From assembly GCA_040901675.1 (NCBI GenBank), contig JBBDYJ010000034.1:48094-99476 (forward strand): a stretch of 51,383 nucleotides of DNA, read 5' to 3'. Positions within the stretch are counted from its first letter, which is position 1; the number at the start of each line of letters is the position of its first letter. The notes beneath the pieces are model-generated. The model made no database searches. It worked only from the letters and a program-made list of their open reading frames with translations, and was not told the DNA's origin. Origin of the DNA: Pirellulales bacterium (lineage in GTDB: Bacteria; Planctomycetota; Planctomycetia; Pirellulales; JAICIG01). This document shows, in pieces, positions 27,033-37,424 of the stretch. Both the position numbers and the translations under genes were made by a program.

Positions 27033-28280
27033 TTATTTAAGGCAGTAAGAGAGCGTCAGCAGGGCATAGCCGGTGACGAGGTTGGCGTCGCCCTCCAGCC
27101 AGCGGCTGTTCTCGTTGATCCACGAGCCGTCGGGCTGCTGGCGGCTGACCAGCTCGGCGGCCAGCTCGGCGCGCCAGTTGTGCCGGGTGCCGTCCTCATC
27201 CACGAGCTCGCCCGGCCCCAGCGCATCCAGGGCCTTGGCGAAGGTGTGGTAGTAGTAATACAGCCCGGCGTCGCCCATGCCCGGATTGGTCTCGACTGAG
27301 TAGTTCTTGCGCAACCACTCGACGGCTGCCTTGACCCGCGGATCGTCGGGGCCGACTCCGGCAAAGATCATGCTCTTCAGGCCGGCATACGTCATCGAGC
27401 CGTAGCTCCGCAGGCCGCCGGTCTCGGTGGGGCCGGCTTGGCTCGATCCCCCGGCCGCCACGGTGTAATAAAACCCGCCGTCGGGGTTCTTGGCGGAAAA
27501 AGCCGACGTGTTATGCTCGGTCTCCAGGTTCTGGCAGCGGGAGACGAAGATCAACGCTTTCTGCATCGCCTCGTCGTCCGGACCATTTCCGGAAGCCTTC
27601 AAGGCCTCGATCAGAAAGCTCGTGTTGGACAGGTCGGGCCGCTTGTGCCCGCCGTAGCCGGCGCCGCCGTAGCTCATGCTCGCCTGGTCGTGCCCTTCCT
27701 CGCCGTCCCATTGCAGACCCTTGACAAAGCGGTCGGCGTTCTTGATCAGCTCGTCGTAGCGGCCGTCTTGGTTGGCTTCCGAAAAGCAGAGAATCGCCAG
27801 GCACGTCTCGTAGTTCTGATACAGGCTGTCCTTCGGGTACACGCCGCCATCGGGCTGAACAAAGCCTTCCAGGTATTTGAGTCCCTCGGCCACCAGCGGA
27901 TCATTCAGCGTCCGCCCGTTGCGCATGATGGCCGTGGTCACCAGCGCCGTCACCGCCGGACCCGCCTGCCGGCTGAACGAGCCGTCGTCGGCCTGCCCCT
28001 TCAGCCGCAGGTAATTGATTGCCCTGGTGACGGCCTGCTCGGCCTGCCTCGTATCCCAGGGCTCGGCGGCGAGCGCCCGGTTCTCGTCCCGGTCCGGTTG
28101 GCTGGCAGGGTCCGGCTGGTTGGCAGGCTCGGCTGCAAAGGCGACCGCGAACATGGCCGCAACCAGGATGGGAGCCGCCATGAGGACGGGGATAGTCCAA
28201 CTGCGGGGCAGCCGCCCCAGCTTCGATTGTTTCGACAAGGCAAGGCCTCCTTCAGCGATAGCGTTCCGCTCCATCACCAT
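27033..28280 (-). CDS. Prenyltransferase/squalene-oxidase repeat protein, probably exported (start may be downstream)
   Basis: QW-like repeats QADDGSF, QPDGGVY, QQPDGSW; DLSNT; YGSMTYAGL. Confidence 0.85.
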   Translation of the reverse strand: MVMERNAIAEGGLALSKQSKLGRLPRSWTIPVLMAAPILVAAMFAVAFAAEPANQPDPASQPDRDENRALAAEPWDTRQAEQAVTRAINYLRLKGQADDGSFSRQAGPAVTALVTTAIMRNGRTLNDPLVAEGLKYLEGFVQPDGGVYPKDSLYQNYETCLAILCFSEANQDGRYDELIKNADRFVKGLQWDGEEGHDQASMSYGGAGYGGHKRPDLSNTSFLIEALKASGNGPDDEAMQKALIFVSRCQNLETEHNTSAFSAKNPDGGFYYTVAAGGSSQAGPTETGGLRSYGSMTYAGLKSMIFAGVGPDDPRVKAAVEWLRKNYSVETNPGMGDAGLYYYYHTFAKALDALGPGELVDEDGTRHNWRAELAAELVSRQQPDGSWINENSRWLEGDANLVTGYALLTLSYCLK

Positions 28281-28367
28281 TGTACCTCTTGAAGGAAGAG
28301 GGCAGAAGGCAGAATGAACAATAACAGGGCTGCATTTGGCGGCAACTAGAACTCCGGCACGTCGGTT

Positions 28368-28655
28368 CTAGTCGAGAATGGCGAGGATTTCGGATTCGCT
28401 GATGATCAGCAGTTCCTCGCCGTCGACGAGCACTTCCGAGCCGGCGTACGTGCTGAACAGGATGCGATCTCCTTCGTTGACCTGCGGGGCGGCACGCCCG
28501 CCATCGGCCAGCAGGCGGCCGTCGCCCACTGACAGCACGCGCCCCTGGCGAGGCTTTTCCCGGGCATTGTCGGGCAGAAAGATGCCGCCGGCAGTCTTGT
28601 CCTCAGCGCTGAGCCGCTTGACCACCACGTTTTCGCCCAGCGGGACAACTTTCAT
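28368..28655 (-). CDS. groES: Co-chaperonin GroES
   Basis: PLGENVVVK, TAGGIFLPD.AREKP, VGDG, ESEILAI. Confidence 0.95.
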   Translation of the reverse strand: MKVVPLGENVVVKRLSAEDKTAGGIFLPDNAREKPRQGRVLSVGDGRLLADGGRAAPQVNEGDRILFSTYAGSEVLVDGEELLIISESEILAILD

Positions 28656-28768
28656 CGTTCAAGCAGTCTCCTTGGCCGCGGGCCCTCGCACCCTCCCGTG
28701 CCGCCCTACCCCCATGCCAGGCCGGCGACATGGAATTCTGGCACGTTGCGGGTCGGGTATCAAGGCAG

Positions 28769-28966
28769 TCAAGCACCCACGGCCATCCAGAGTAAAAAAA
28801 CCAGCCAAACCACGAGCGCCAGGCTGGCGGCGAGCAAAAACCAGGTCCTTCGCCGGGGGGGGCGGACTACCGGACGGGCCGCCGGCCCCGCTGCTTCGGC
28901 GGGCCGCTGAGCGCCCGCATCGCGCGGAGCGTCGCGAGTCCTGGCCGTGGTTTTCCGCTTCGACAT
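28769..28966 (-). CDS. Small membrane hypothetical protein
   Basis: Basic N-terminus, C-terminal TM; GAGGT RBS; fits the gene string. Confidence 0.55.
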   Translation of the reverse strand: MSKRKTTARTRDAPRDAGAQRPAEAAGPAARPVVRPPRRRTWFLLAASLALVVWLVFLLWMAVGA

Positions 28967-28990
28967 CCCAGACCTCGCGGGGCGGGCCCC

Positions 28991-29434
28991 TTACTCGGGT
29001 CGCTTGATTTCGAAACTTTGGTTCAGGCCGGCATCGAAGTCGAATGCGTTCTCAAAGTCTTCGCGGCGGTCCTCGGGCGTTTTCCGCATCTGCCCGATGG
29101 CAATCAGGTTGAACACGATCTCGCCGAAATCGCCCGTGTTCCGCACGCCCCAATTGTTCAGTACACACTTGGCCATGTAGCCGTACTGTTCCAGGGCGTA
29201 CTGGCGGATGGCCTCGCAGAGCTGCTGCCCGGTCAGGTGCCGTTCGTTGGCTGGCTCGGCCTCGGCTTGCTCTTCTGGCGGCTCCTGGCTGGTGCGCTCG
29301 CTCGGCCGGGCTGCTCCCATGCCCAACACGTGGTGGGCATACGTCAGGGCCTCGAAGACGAAAGCGTAGGCCTCGAACTTGTATCGCCGGTCCTGGCGCA
29401 GCAGCTCAGCGATGGCTTGGGCGGGGTCGGGCAT
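28991..29434 (-). CDS. Minf_1886-family (Plancto/Verruco conserved) protein
   Basis: DRRYKFEAY.FV.EAL, HLTGQQLC, WGV..TGDFGEIVFNLI. Confidence 0.85.
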   Translation of the reverse strand: MPDPAQAIAELLRQDRRYKFEAYAFVFEALTYAHHVLGMGAARPSERTSQEPPEEQAEAEPANERHLTGQQLCEAIRQYALEQYGYMAKCVLNNWGVRNTGDFGEIVFNLIAIGQMRKTPEDRREDFENAFDFDAGLNQSFEIKRPE

Positions 29435-29526
29435 GTCAACAGCTTTGCGCTGCGGTCGAAGCGTGGCGGGGGTTGTGAAGGCCGGAGGCGGGGCGTGCGG
29501 GCGTCTGCGAATGGGCCGCGGCCTGC

Positions 29527-30351
29527 TTAGTTGGCACCGGGTCCGCGTCCGACCACGGTCAGCACGTCACCGGCGTCGATCAGCACCCGGCGGTGATCCT
29601 CGGTTTCTACCAGCAACTGGCTGGCCAGGATTTCATGGGCCAGCACCCTGGCACGTCCACCTGAGGTGATCACGTCGGCGCCAATCGGGGGTAGTTCTTT
29701 CTGTAGTTGTTCGTAGGTGTCGTATTCGTATCTCAGGCAGCATTTTAACCGGCCGCAGCGGCCGGAGATCTTGGTCGGGTCGAGCGTGGCCTTCTGCAGC
29801 TTGGCCATCTTCATCGAGACGGGCGGCATTTCGGAGAGGTGCGTATTGCAACAGACCGGCTTGCCGCAATCGCCGTAGTCGGCCAGGAGCTTGGCTTCGT
29901 CGCGGACGCCGATCTGGCGCATTTCGATGCGGGTTTGAAACTCGCCGGCCAGCCGCTTGACCAGGTCGCGGAAATCGACCCGGTTTTCGGCCAGGTAATA
30001 GACCACGATCCGCTCTCCGCCGAAGATGTGCTCCACGTCGACCAACTGCATGGCCAGCCCGATCTCGGCGATCAACCGGTCGCAGGTGGCGTATTGGGCA
30101 TGTTGCTGCTGTTTCATCCGCGCCAGCTCATTCTCGTCGTCCGCGGTCATCTGCCGGAGGATCTGGCCTCGGCGGGGGTCGTGGAGCTGCCCCACGGCCT
30201 CGTCGGTCGCCTCGCAGAGCACGTCGCCCGCCTCCAGGCCTCGGTCGGTGCGGGCAACGACACGTGCGCCTCGCAGCAAGACCTCGCCGCGGCTGGTCGT
30301 AAATACGCCCAGCGCCCGCATCATCCCGCAACGGACCACGTACTTCGGCAT
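29527..30351 (-). CDS. PSP1-domain / RicT (YaaT)-like protein
   Basis: RVDFRDLVK, RIEMRQIGVRDEAK, CGKPVCC, KISGRCGRLKCCLRYE. Confidence 0.92.
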   Translation of the reverse strand: MPKYVVRCGMMRALGVFTTSRGEVLLRGARVVARTDRGLEAGDVLCEATDEAVGQLHDPRRGQILRQMTADDENELARMKQQQHAQYATCDRLIAEIGLAMQLVDVEHIFGGERIVVYYLAENRVDFRDLVKRLAGEFQTRIEMRQIGVRDEAKLLADYGDCGKPVCCNTHLSEMPPVSMKMAKLQKATLDPTKISGRCGRLKCCLRYEYDTYEQLQKELPPIGADVITSGGRARVLAHEILASQLLVETEDHRRVLIDAGDVLTVVGRGPGAN

Positions 30352-30511
30352 GGTGGAGCTGTAACGCGCCTTGTTCGAATCAACGTAAGTGTAAGCCTGG
30401 TCGGCAGTATAGCTTGGGATCCAGGAACGAGGAAGGAGGAATCGGAGCAGACCTCGGGCGGGTGGCTTCTTGCCTTTGTTGTCCAGTCCCGTCACGCCCG
30501 ACCCCGCCCGC

Positions 30512-31699
30512 TCACGAATCTCTCTGGGAGCCGCTGAAGACGGACAGCGCCTCCTCGGCTGCGGCGATACGGCGCGGGGAGAGCTTCCGAAGCCGGTCGA
30601 GCTGGCGCTTCGCCCCCGCATCGGGGCAGGCCGACAAGTAGCCGACGATCGCGCGATCGGTCGCGGTCTGGGGATAGCCGGCCTTGTCGAAAAGGCCCAC
30701 AACCAGCAGCATCGCCTCCCAGTCCCCACAGCGGGCCAGGTCGGCGATCACCTCGGCGGCCAGCTCCGGCCGGCCAAGACCCTTGCGCAAGGCCGCGCAA
30801 ATCCGGTCGGGCGGGATTTCCTTGCCCCAGTCTCGGTAAAAGCGCAGGGCCGCCAAGGCGTGCCGCACGTCTCCCTGGGCGGCCTGGGGGTCGTCGAGGT
30901 ATTTGCGCTCCATCAGTTCCAGGGCGGGCAGGCCCTCCAGCAGCAAGTAGCCGGCCAACAGGCCGTCGAAGCCGCTGCGAAAGTCGCTGGCGGGCTCTTG
31001 GATCAGTTCCAGCAGCAAGCCGGCATTTGCCCGCCGCTGATCGGGCCTGGTGGCAAAGCCGACAGCCAGCGCGTAAAAGCCCTTGCGCTGGGGAGGAATG
31101 CCCGCATCGAGCAGCCAACCGCACATCGATTCGACGGGCAGATGCTCGGCAACCCGCAGCACCTCGTCGTAGGGCGCATGGGCGAACTCCAGCCAGGCGT
31201 CGTTGGCTACCAGCGGCTCGCGGTGCTCCAGGTAGCGGGCGAAGTAAGCCAGCCGCTCGGCCGCGGTCTTTCGCAGGCCGGGCGAACGGGCCACGTAGGC
31301 ATAGCTCACCTCGTTTAAAGGCACGTACTCCCAGGACGATTGGTCGGCGAGTCCCTGGCTGGCGTGGCGGCCGAGCAAGAGGACGAGGGCACCGGGTTTG
31401 AGATCGGGACCGGAAGCGTCTGGCACGGCCAGCAGCTTCGGATCCTGCAGCATCTCGGCGCCTTTGAGCACCTGGTGGATGCGGAACCGCCGCGGTTTCC
31501 CGGCGACGTCGGAAACTTCACCGAGAGCCGCGATCTGGGCCGATTCGCGCCGCTGCGACAGGGTCGGTTCCGGCTCGCCGCAGAAGGGACAGGCGGCAGC
31601 CGGCGGTACCGATGCCGGCGCGAGAAAGACCAGGGCCAGGGCAAGCGCGAACGGTCGGGTCTTGCGGAAAAAATCGCGCCTGCGTGGGCTTTGAAGCAT
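30512..31699 (-). CDS. Exported helical protein with CPFC at the mature N-terminus
   Basis: Signal peptide then AAA-CPFC; paralogous to 33189-35105. Confidence 0.75.
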   Translation of the reverse strand: MLQSPRRRDFFRKTRPFALALALVFLAPASVPPAAACPFCGEPEPTLSQRRESAQIAALGEVSDVAGKPRRFRIHQVLKGAEMLQDPKLLAVPDASGPDLKPGALVLLLGRHASQGLADQSSWEYVPLNEVSYAYVARSPGLRKTAAERLAYFARYLEHREPLVANDAWLEFAHAPYDEVLRVAEHLPVESMCGWLLDAGIPPQRKGFYALAVGFATRPDQRRANAGLLLELIQEPASDFRSGFDGLLAGYLLLEGLPALELMERKYLDDPQAAQGDVRHALAALRFYRDWGKEIPPDRICAALRKGLGRPELAAEVIADLARCGDWEAMLLVVGLFDKAGYPQTATDRAIVGYLSACPDAGAKRQLDRLRKLSPRRIAAAEEALSVFSGSQRDS

Positions 31700-31716
31700 G
31701 GCGGTGCTCCGCCGGC

Positions 31717-32484
31717 TCAGCCGGCCGAGTCGGCGTCGATGCGATAGATTGCCAGGTGCTGCCCGTCCCGGACGATCTCATCCACGGAGAAGGTTCCTTC
31801 CACTGCAATCGGGCGGGCGCTGAAGTCGGTGCTCTTGCCTGGGTTCATCATGATCACGATGCAGTCATACAGCATCGCGCCGGGACCGAAGCAGCACTCC
31901 ATGTTGTCGCGCACCAGCACGAACTGCGTAATGCCGGTCTGGGTGAACACCGTCTGCGGCAGAATGTAGCCGCGGATTCGAACCCTCTTTCCCGACAGCG
32001 ACTCGATCTGCTCCGTGAGCATCGAGCGCTGGAAGGCCCCTCCCTTTTCCATCTCGAACTGGATATCGTCGAAGTTGATGTTGAGCGCCCGGCCCGGTGT
32101 CGTTTCGGCGGGTGCGGCCCGAGCCGCTTGATCACCGGCCGGCGCCCGGGTCCTGGGCTCGCTGCCGCGAGCCGGCTCCCCCTGGGCAGCCGCCGCGCCC
32201 GTGGATGGCTGGCCCTTCGAGGATTGGCCGGTCGGGGATTGGCCCTTCGACGACGGCTCCGCCGTGGATTTGGCCGGCTTTGGCCGCGGGGATTTGGCCG
32301 TTGCGGCCTGGCTAGCGGGCGCCTGGCCGGTGCCCGATTTGTCGGCCGCGCCGCGAGAGGGCCGGCTCGGCGTATCGTCCGAAGACGAAGACGCCGTCAT
32401 GCCCGGCAGCCGGTTCTCCTGGCAGCCGCAGAGCGGTAGGCCGGCCGCGGCCACGAGACAATATGCGAGGCGCGAGAATCTCAT
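31717..32484 (-). CDS. DUF3299-like lipoprotein
   Basis: Lipobox LCGC; disordered linker; INFDDI, GKRVRIRGYILP, FVLVRD..ECCFG. Confidence 0.75.
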   Translation of the reverse strand: MRFSRLAYCLVAAAGLPLCGCQENRLPGMTASSSSDDTPSRPSRGAADKSGTGQAPASQAATAKSPRPKPAKSTAEPSSKGQSPTGQSSKGQPSTGAAAAQGEPARGSEPRTRAPAGDQAARAAPAETTPGRALNINFDDIQFEMEKGGAFQRSMLTEQIESLSGKRVRIRGYILPQTVFTQTGITQFVLVRDNMECCFGPGAMLYDCIVIMMNPGKSTDFSARPIAVEGTFSVDEIVRDGQHLAIYRIDADSAG

Positions 32485-33167
32485 TCGGCGTGGTCCGCGT
32501 CGAGTTGATAGGTAACGCCGCCCAGGCCATCCACCGCCAGCCCACTGGCCACGCGGAAGGTGCCGGCCAGCTTTTTGATCCGTGAATTGAAGTCGAGTTC
32601 CAGCGGATCATTCAGCCTCACCAGGATCATGTCGGTCATCTTGGGCGAGCCGCCGAAGCAGCAGTCGCCCTTGTCGCGGACCAGCATGAACCTGGTAATC
32701 TGCTTGGTTTGCCCGGTCACGGGAGGAAACATGTACCCCTTGATGAAAACCTTCTGGCCGTTCAATTGCCTGACCCGCTCGGGCACCGCCTGCGCGGGAT
32801 CGTCCGGGTCCGGCTGCAGCAGCTCGTAGTTGATCCGCTGGTAGCCTTCGGGCACCTCGGTGGCGTACACGTAGCTGAGACGGGTCCAGCCGCCCAGCAG
32901 AAACGCCGCCGAGATCAGCACTCCGGCCAGGGCCAGCCGCTCGCCGGCGTATTCGGCCGGGTTCTCGCGGATCCGCTTGAGCGCCAGCAGCCCGGCGGCG
33001 ATTCCCAGAATCGGTATCAGCCCGAACACCCAATCGACCAGCGCCAGACTGGAGAGCAGGGCCAGGGAGCTGGAGATCACGGCGGCCGCACTGAGCGCGC
33101 GGTACTCGCTGTAATCGATTGAGTCGGCCGGCTCTTCGACGAATGATGGCTCTAGTTCCAGACTCAC
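32481..33167 (-). CDS. Membrane protein, DUF4190-like TM region plus DUF3299-like domain
   Basis: Three TM segments; LNGQKVFIKGYMFP, FMLVRDKGDCCFGG. Confidence 0.75.
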   Translation of the reverse strand: MSLELEPSFVEEPADSIDYSEYRALSAAAVISSSLALLSSLALVDWVFGLIPILGIAAGLLALKRIRENPAEYAGERLALAGVLISAAFLLGGWTRLSYVYATEVPEGYQRINYELLQPDPDDPAQAVPERVRQLNGQKVFIKGYMFPPVTGQTKQITRFMLVRDKGDCCFGGSPKMTDMILVRLNDPLELDFNSRIKKLAGTFRVASGLAVDGLGGVTYQLDADHAE

Positions 33168-33188
33168 GGTGTATGCCTCGGGGGATTC

Positions 33189-35105
33189 TCAAGCTGCCGG
33201 GCGGCGGCGATTACCGGTCAGAATGGTCAACAGCAGCAACAGCAACACCCCGGCGGCGCCAACGGATACCAGCACCACAACCAGCCGGCTCCCGGCGCCC
33301 GCCGGCACGGAAGGGGACCGCCGGCGAGCGTCGGCTGCCGCGTCAGGGTCCAGGGGCAGGGCATGGTCGGCCGAGTCGACCGAAGCGGATGCCGGCGGGT
33401 CCGCCATGGGAGATGCTCGGCCCTCCACAGGTAACGAAGCTTGCGAAGCGGCGTGGACGGGCTCGACGGATGGAGGAGGCGCTTTGGCCTCGCTGTCCAA
33501 CCTGGCCTCGCTGTCCAACCTGGCCTCGCTGTCCAACCTGGCCTCGCTGTCCAACACGGCTCGCTCGTCCGTCGGTGGCTTGCCATCGGCTGCCGTGTTG
33601 GCTGCCGCCACGGTTGTTGGTTCGCCGGCGGTTGTCTGTCCGCCACTTTCCGAGACTGCCAAGGCAATATCGTGCGGCGCCCCGGGAATTTCGCCGGCCG
33701 CACTTTGCAGGTTCTCGTCGACGCCAGCCTCCTGAACACCGGCCCGTTCATCATCCGCCTGTTCATCATCCGCGGTGGGGCCGGCCGCTTTCTGCTCCCG
33801 GTTATCCTTCTCTTCTGAAGCTTCTTGCTTGCCGTCCGGGTTCTCGGCCTTCGGACCGGCGGCCGCATCCGCCGCGCCGTCTTGCCCCGCCTCGGCCGGC
33901 TTTTCCGTGGTGGGCCGTTTGGAGCCTGCCAGCGGCAAGAAGAAGCTGGCACGCTTGACCGCGTCGGGATCGATCTTGCCCAGCTCGTCCAGATGCCGCT
34001 TGGCTTCCGGATGCGGGCAGGCCATCAGGTAGTTGATCACCGGCACCCGCACCCAGGAATTTTCCTCGGTGGCTTCCTTGAACAGTGTGACCAGCTTGTC
34101 CATCACCGACCAGTCCTGCCAGCGGGCCAGGTCGGGGATGACCAGGTCGGCCAACTGGGGCCGGTCCAGCAGGTGCCGCAAGCTTTGGGTGAGCCGTTCG
34201 CGGGGGACGACCTCCGTTTCCTGGTCGAGAAAGCGGACCGCCATGATTGCCGAGTAACTGCTGGTATACTCGGCCTTGGAGTCCTTGAAGAACAGTTGGT
34301 CGACCACGTCCATTGCCGCGGGACCCTTGAGAGTCACATAGCAGGCGATCATCGCGTCCAGGGCGGCGCGGGCCCTCCGGTCGTCGCCTTTCAACATCGC
34401 CTCCAGCATGTCCGCATCCTGGCCGGTGCCGCAGATGCCCAGCATCGTCAGGTACAGCCGGCGGCGGGTGGCCGCCACGTTGGGATCGCGGATCCAGTCC
34501 AGCAGCTTCGCTCGGTCCATCCGCTCGCGGAGCTGCTTGACGTCGTTGTAGGAGGCCTTGGCAAACTCTTCGTAGGCATCCTCGGCAAGGATGCGGTCCT
34601 CATCCTCGAAGTATTTCTGGAAGAAGTCCAGGCGATCCGCGCCCGACGGCGGCAGCTCGTTGAGGTTCGAGACATAGTCGGCGGCCCGCTCGGACAAGGC
34701 CGTCGGGGTCGACCAGGCGATGTTCTTGGGGTCGACGCCCAGGATCAAGAACAGCGTGCCCTTCGGCTGCTGGCCGAAGTAGAGCGTTCGAATCCGGCGG
34801 GTCTTGCCGAGCGCGTCGGCCCCCTTGAGCACCTTTTTGATCTTGAACTCGGCCTCGGCCGAATCGGCCGTTGCGAGCGGCAAGTCGTCGGCGTCGGCGC
34901 CGGCGATCTTTACGGCGTCCGGCGGCTGGTCGAGCACCTCGGCCAGGACCGCCACTTCCGCCTGGTCGATCTCCTCGGCCAGCGTCATCTTGATCGAGTT
35001 GCAGAAGGGACAAGCCCAAAGCGACCCGCCCAGGCAGGCCAGGGCCAGCGTCAATGCCAGGCACGCCATGCGCGCCAACGGCGGACTCGCGGCTTGTCGG
35101 CTCAT
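33189..35105 (-). CDS. Exported CPFC protein with acidic low-complexity stalk and C-terminal TM anchor
   Basis: LWA-CPFC; helical body; LDSEAR repeats; TM followed by RRR. Confidence 0.78.
   Translation of the reverse strand: MSRQAASPPLARMACLALTLALACLGGSLWACPFCNSIKMTLAEEIDQAEVAVLAEVLDQPPDAVKIAGADADDLPLATADSAEAEFKIKKVLKGADALGKTRRIRTLYFGQQPKGTLFLILGVDPKNIAWSTPTALSERAADYVSNLNELPPSGADRLDFFQKYFEDEDRILAEDAYEEFAKASYNDVKQLRERMDRAKLLDWIRDPNVAATRRRLYLTMLGICGTGQDADMLEAMLKGDDRRARAALDAMIACYVTLKGPAAMDVVDQLFFKDSKAEYTSSYSAIMAVRFLDQETEVVPRERLTQSLRHLLDRPQLADLVIPDLARWQDWSVMDKLVTLFKEATEENSWVRVPVINYLMACPHPEAKRHLDELGKIDPDAVKRASFFLPLAGSKRPTTEKPAEAGQDGAADAAAGPKAENPDGKQEASEEKDNREQKAAGPTADDEQADDERAGVQEAGVDENLQSAAGEIPGAPHDIALAVSESGGQTTAGEPTTVAAANTAADGKPPTDERAVLDSEARLDSEARLDSEARLDSEAKAPPPSVEPVHAASQASLPVEGRASPMADPPASASVDSADHALPLDPDAAADARRRSPSVPAGAGSRLVVVLVSVGAAGVLLLLLLTILTGNRRRPAA
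33485..33555. repeat. 18-bp coding tandem repeat x4 (LDSEAR)
   Basis: tggcctcgctgtccaacc repeated. Confidence 0.9.
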
Positions 35106-35289
35106 CGTCGGGACTCCTAGTGTCTGGCAGGGGATATATCTGGTGGGGTGGGCATCCAGTCTGCCGTGGGGGACCAATCGCCATCCTCAAGAGATTGTAC
35201 ACCGTGCCTGTAGCGAGGCACTACCCCGCCGGGTTGGGCCGGGCCGCCGGCCAGGGCCCTATTTGAGCCCGGACATGACGAAATGCCGT

Positions 35290-36756
35290 TTATGCCGCCG
35301 GCAACGAGCGCGCCACGTCGGTGCGATAAGCCGTCATGGCCGGCAGGTAGCCCGCCAGCACGGCCAGCAGGATCAGCCCGGGGACCAAAACCACTTCATA
35401 GGCGTCGAACTCAAAGAAACCGATCGAGACACCCGTTTCCGCCACAATGACCGGACTGGCCAGCCCGATGATGCCGTGCCCCAGCAGGAAGCCCGCCAGG
35501 CCGCCGGCCAGCGACAGCATGATCGATTCCAGCAGAATCACGTTGAACACCGTAGCGCGGCTGGCGCCCAGCGAGCGCATCACGGCGATGTCGCGGCGGC
35601 GGTCGCTCATGGAGTTGTAGATGCTGACCATGATGCCGATCCCCGCCACCACCACCACCATGACCGCCAAGGCCAACAGCAGTTTCTGCAGGTTGCCGAC
35701 GATACCTTCGAACAAGTTGCTGATCTCCCTGGCCGGATACACGGCTTGGGCCACTTGCCCTTCGTTGATCACGCGGTGCAGATCCATGGCGCCGAGAAAG
35801 TCGGTTTGATCGGTGCGGATGAGGATGGCGGTCACTTCGCGCTGCTCTTCGGGAAGCGGCTCGTGGTGGCTATGACTGTCATGATCCGAGTGCGCGGCAT
35901 GGTCGTGCCCATCGTGGTCGTGCGCTTCATGGCCATGCGCTTCGTGGTCGTGCGCTTCGTGGTCGTGCGCTTCGTGGTCGTGCGCTTCGTGGTCGTGGGC
36001 CTCGTGATCGTGGCCTTCGTGATCATCGGCCTCGTGATCGTGGCTCGCGGCCGTCGGCGTGCGGGCCGGCGGCGGAGCCTTGGCATGGCCGCGCAGCAGA
36101 TAAAAGCCTTCCATGTTTACGAACAGCGCACGGTCGTTGGGCGTGCCGGTCGGCGCCAGGACGCCGACGACCCTGAAGGCGTCGTGCTTGTGCCCCTGGC
36201 CGTCGTCGGAGACGCCATGGGTTGGCTCGAACAGGCTGCCCTCGGTGAGTCCGGTCCGCCGGGCCACCAGCGAGCCGATCACCGCCTCGAAGAAAGCCTG
36301 TTGCTTGAAGTTTCGGCCCTGGGCGAAGCGGTACGTTTCGCCCCGGGCATATTCCTCGGGCAACCGTGCGCCATCCACCACTTTTTCGAACATCTCGGGG
36401 ATGGTGCCGACGACCCGATAGCCTTCGTAGTTGTCTCCCAGGCAGTACGGGACCGCCTTTTCGATCTTGGCGGCGAACTGCCCCTCGGTGAATTCCTTGT
36501 AGAAGCCGTAAGGGACGTTTTCCACCGGCCTGCTCAGGTGGTAGACCGTGTTGAGCACCAGTTGCAGCGGGCTGCCCTTGGCGCCAACGATCATGTTGTA
36601 GCCTTCGGCGTTCTTTTTGAACGAGCGGTCGACCACGCTGTAGATCACCAGCACGGCCACCACCAGGGCCACTCCCAGCGCCATCGAGAGGCCGGTCAGC
36701 CAGGAGGCCAGTGCCCGCTGCTGGATGCTCCGCCAGGCTATCTTCCATAAGCTCAT
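35290..36756 (-). CDS. MacB/FtsX-type ABC permease with His-rich extracytoplasmic insert
   Basis: [43 protein letters not shown]; (HDHEA)n. Confidence 0.9.
   Translation of the reverse strand: MSLWKIAWRSIQQRALASWLTGLSMALGVALVVAVLVIYSVVDRSFKKNAEGYNMIVGAKGSPLQLVLNTVYHLSRPVENVPYGFYKEFTEGQFAAKIEKAVPYCLGDNYEGYRVVGTIPEMFEKVVDGARLPEEYARGETYRFAQGRNFKQQAFFEAVIGSLVARRTGLTEGSLFEPTHGVSDDGQGHKHDAFRVVGVLAPTGTPNDRALFVNMEGFYLLRGHAKAPPPARTPTAASHDHEADDHEGHDHEAHDHEAHDHEAHDHEAHDHEAHGHEAHDHDGHDHAAHSDHDSHSHHEPLPEEQREVTAILIRTDQTDFLGAMDLHRVINEGQVAQAVYPAREISNLFEGIVGNLQKLLLALAVMVVVVAGIGIMVSIYNSMSDRRRDIAVMRSLGASRATVFNVILLESIMLSLAGGLAGFLLGHGIIGLASPVIVAETGVSIGFFEFDAYEVVLVPGLILLAVLAGYLPAMTAYRTDVARSLPAA
35862..36042. repeat. 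15-bp coding repeat (HDHEA)n
   Basis: cgcttcgtggtcgtg x4 exact plus degenerate flanking units. Confidence 0.9.
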
Positions 36757-37424
36757 ACGGTCGCCACCGCCTGGTTGAATTGGTCGAGGTGCTCGACGCG
36801 GCCAAACAGCTCGGCCACTTCGGTCGTATGCGTCACCAACACCAGCGCCACCCGCTCTTCGGCGCACGTTTCGCGAATCAGGTCGATGATCTGCTGCTGG
36901 TTGCGGGCGTCGACGTTGGCCGTCGGCTCGTCGGCCAGGAGCAGCTTGGGCCGGTTCGACAAGGCCCGCGCAACGGCCACCCGCTGTTGCTCGCCCACCG
37001 AGAGCATGGCCGGCTTGTGCGTCAGCCGGTGGCCCAGGCCCACCCGCTCCAGCAGTTGCCGGGCCCGCCCCTGATCGACCCCGTTGCCGGCGAACGACAT
37101 CCCCAGCAGCACGTTTTCCCACGCGGAAAAACCGGGCAAGAGATTGAAGGTCTGAAACACGTAGCCGATATGGTCGGCCCGGAAGCGGTCCCGGCCCGCC
37201 TCGGTCAGCCGGGTAATGTCGCAGCCGTTCACCTGGACCTCGCCCGCGTCCGCGCGGCTGATGCCGGCAATCACGTGCAACAGCGTGGTCTTGCCGCAGC
37301 CGCTGCGGCCCACCAGGACCATCTGCTCGCCGTCTTTGACCTCAAAATGGGCGATATCCAGGATCGGCAGAGGCGTGCCGTCGGGCTGCGTGAACGATTT
37401 TTGGACGTGTCTCAGGACGAGCAT
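36753..37424 (-). CDS. LolD/MacB-type ABC ATP-binding protein
   Basis: [37 protein letters not shown]. Confidence 0.95.
   Translation of the reverse strand: MLVLRHVQKSFTQPDGTPLPILDIAHFEVKDGEQMVLVGRSGCGKTTLLHVIAGISRADAGEVQVNGCDITRLTEAGRDRFRADHIGYVFQTFNLLPGFSAWENVLLGMSFAGNGVDQGRARQLLERVGLGHRLTHKPAMLSVGEQQRVAVARALSNRPKLLLADEPTANVDARNQQQIIDLIRETCAEERVALVLVTHTTEVAELFGRVEHLDQFNQAVATV

Noticed and set aside
27033..28280. Squalene-hopene cyclase
   Set aside because: Too short, single barrel, no DxDD motif
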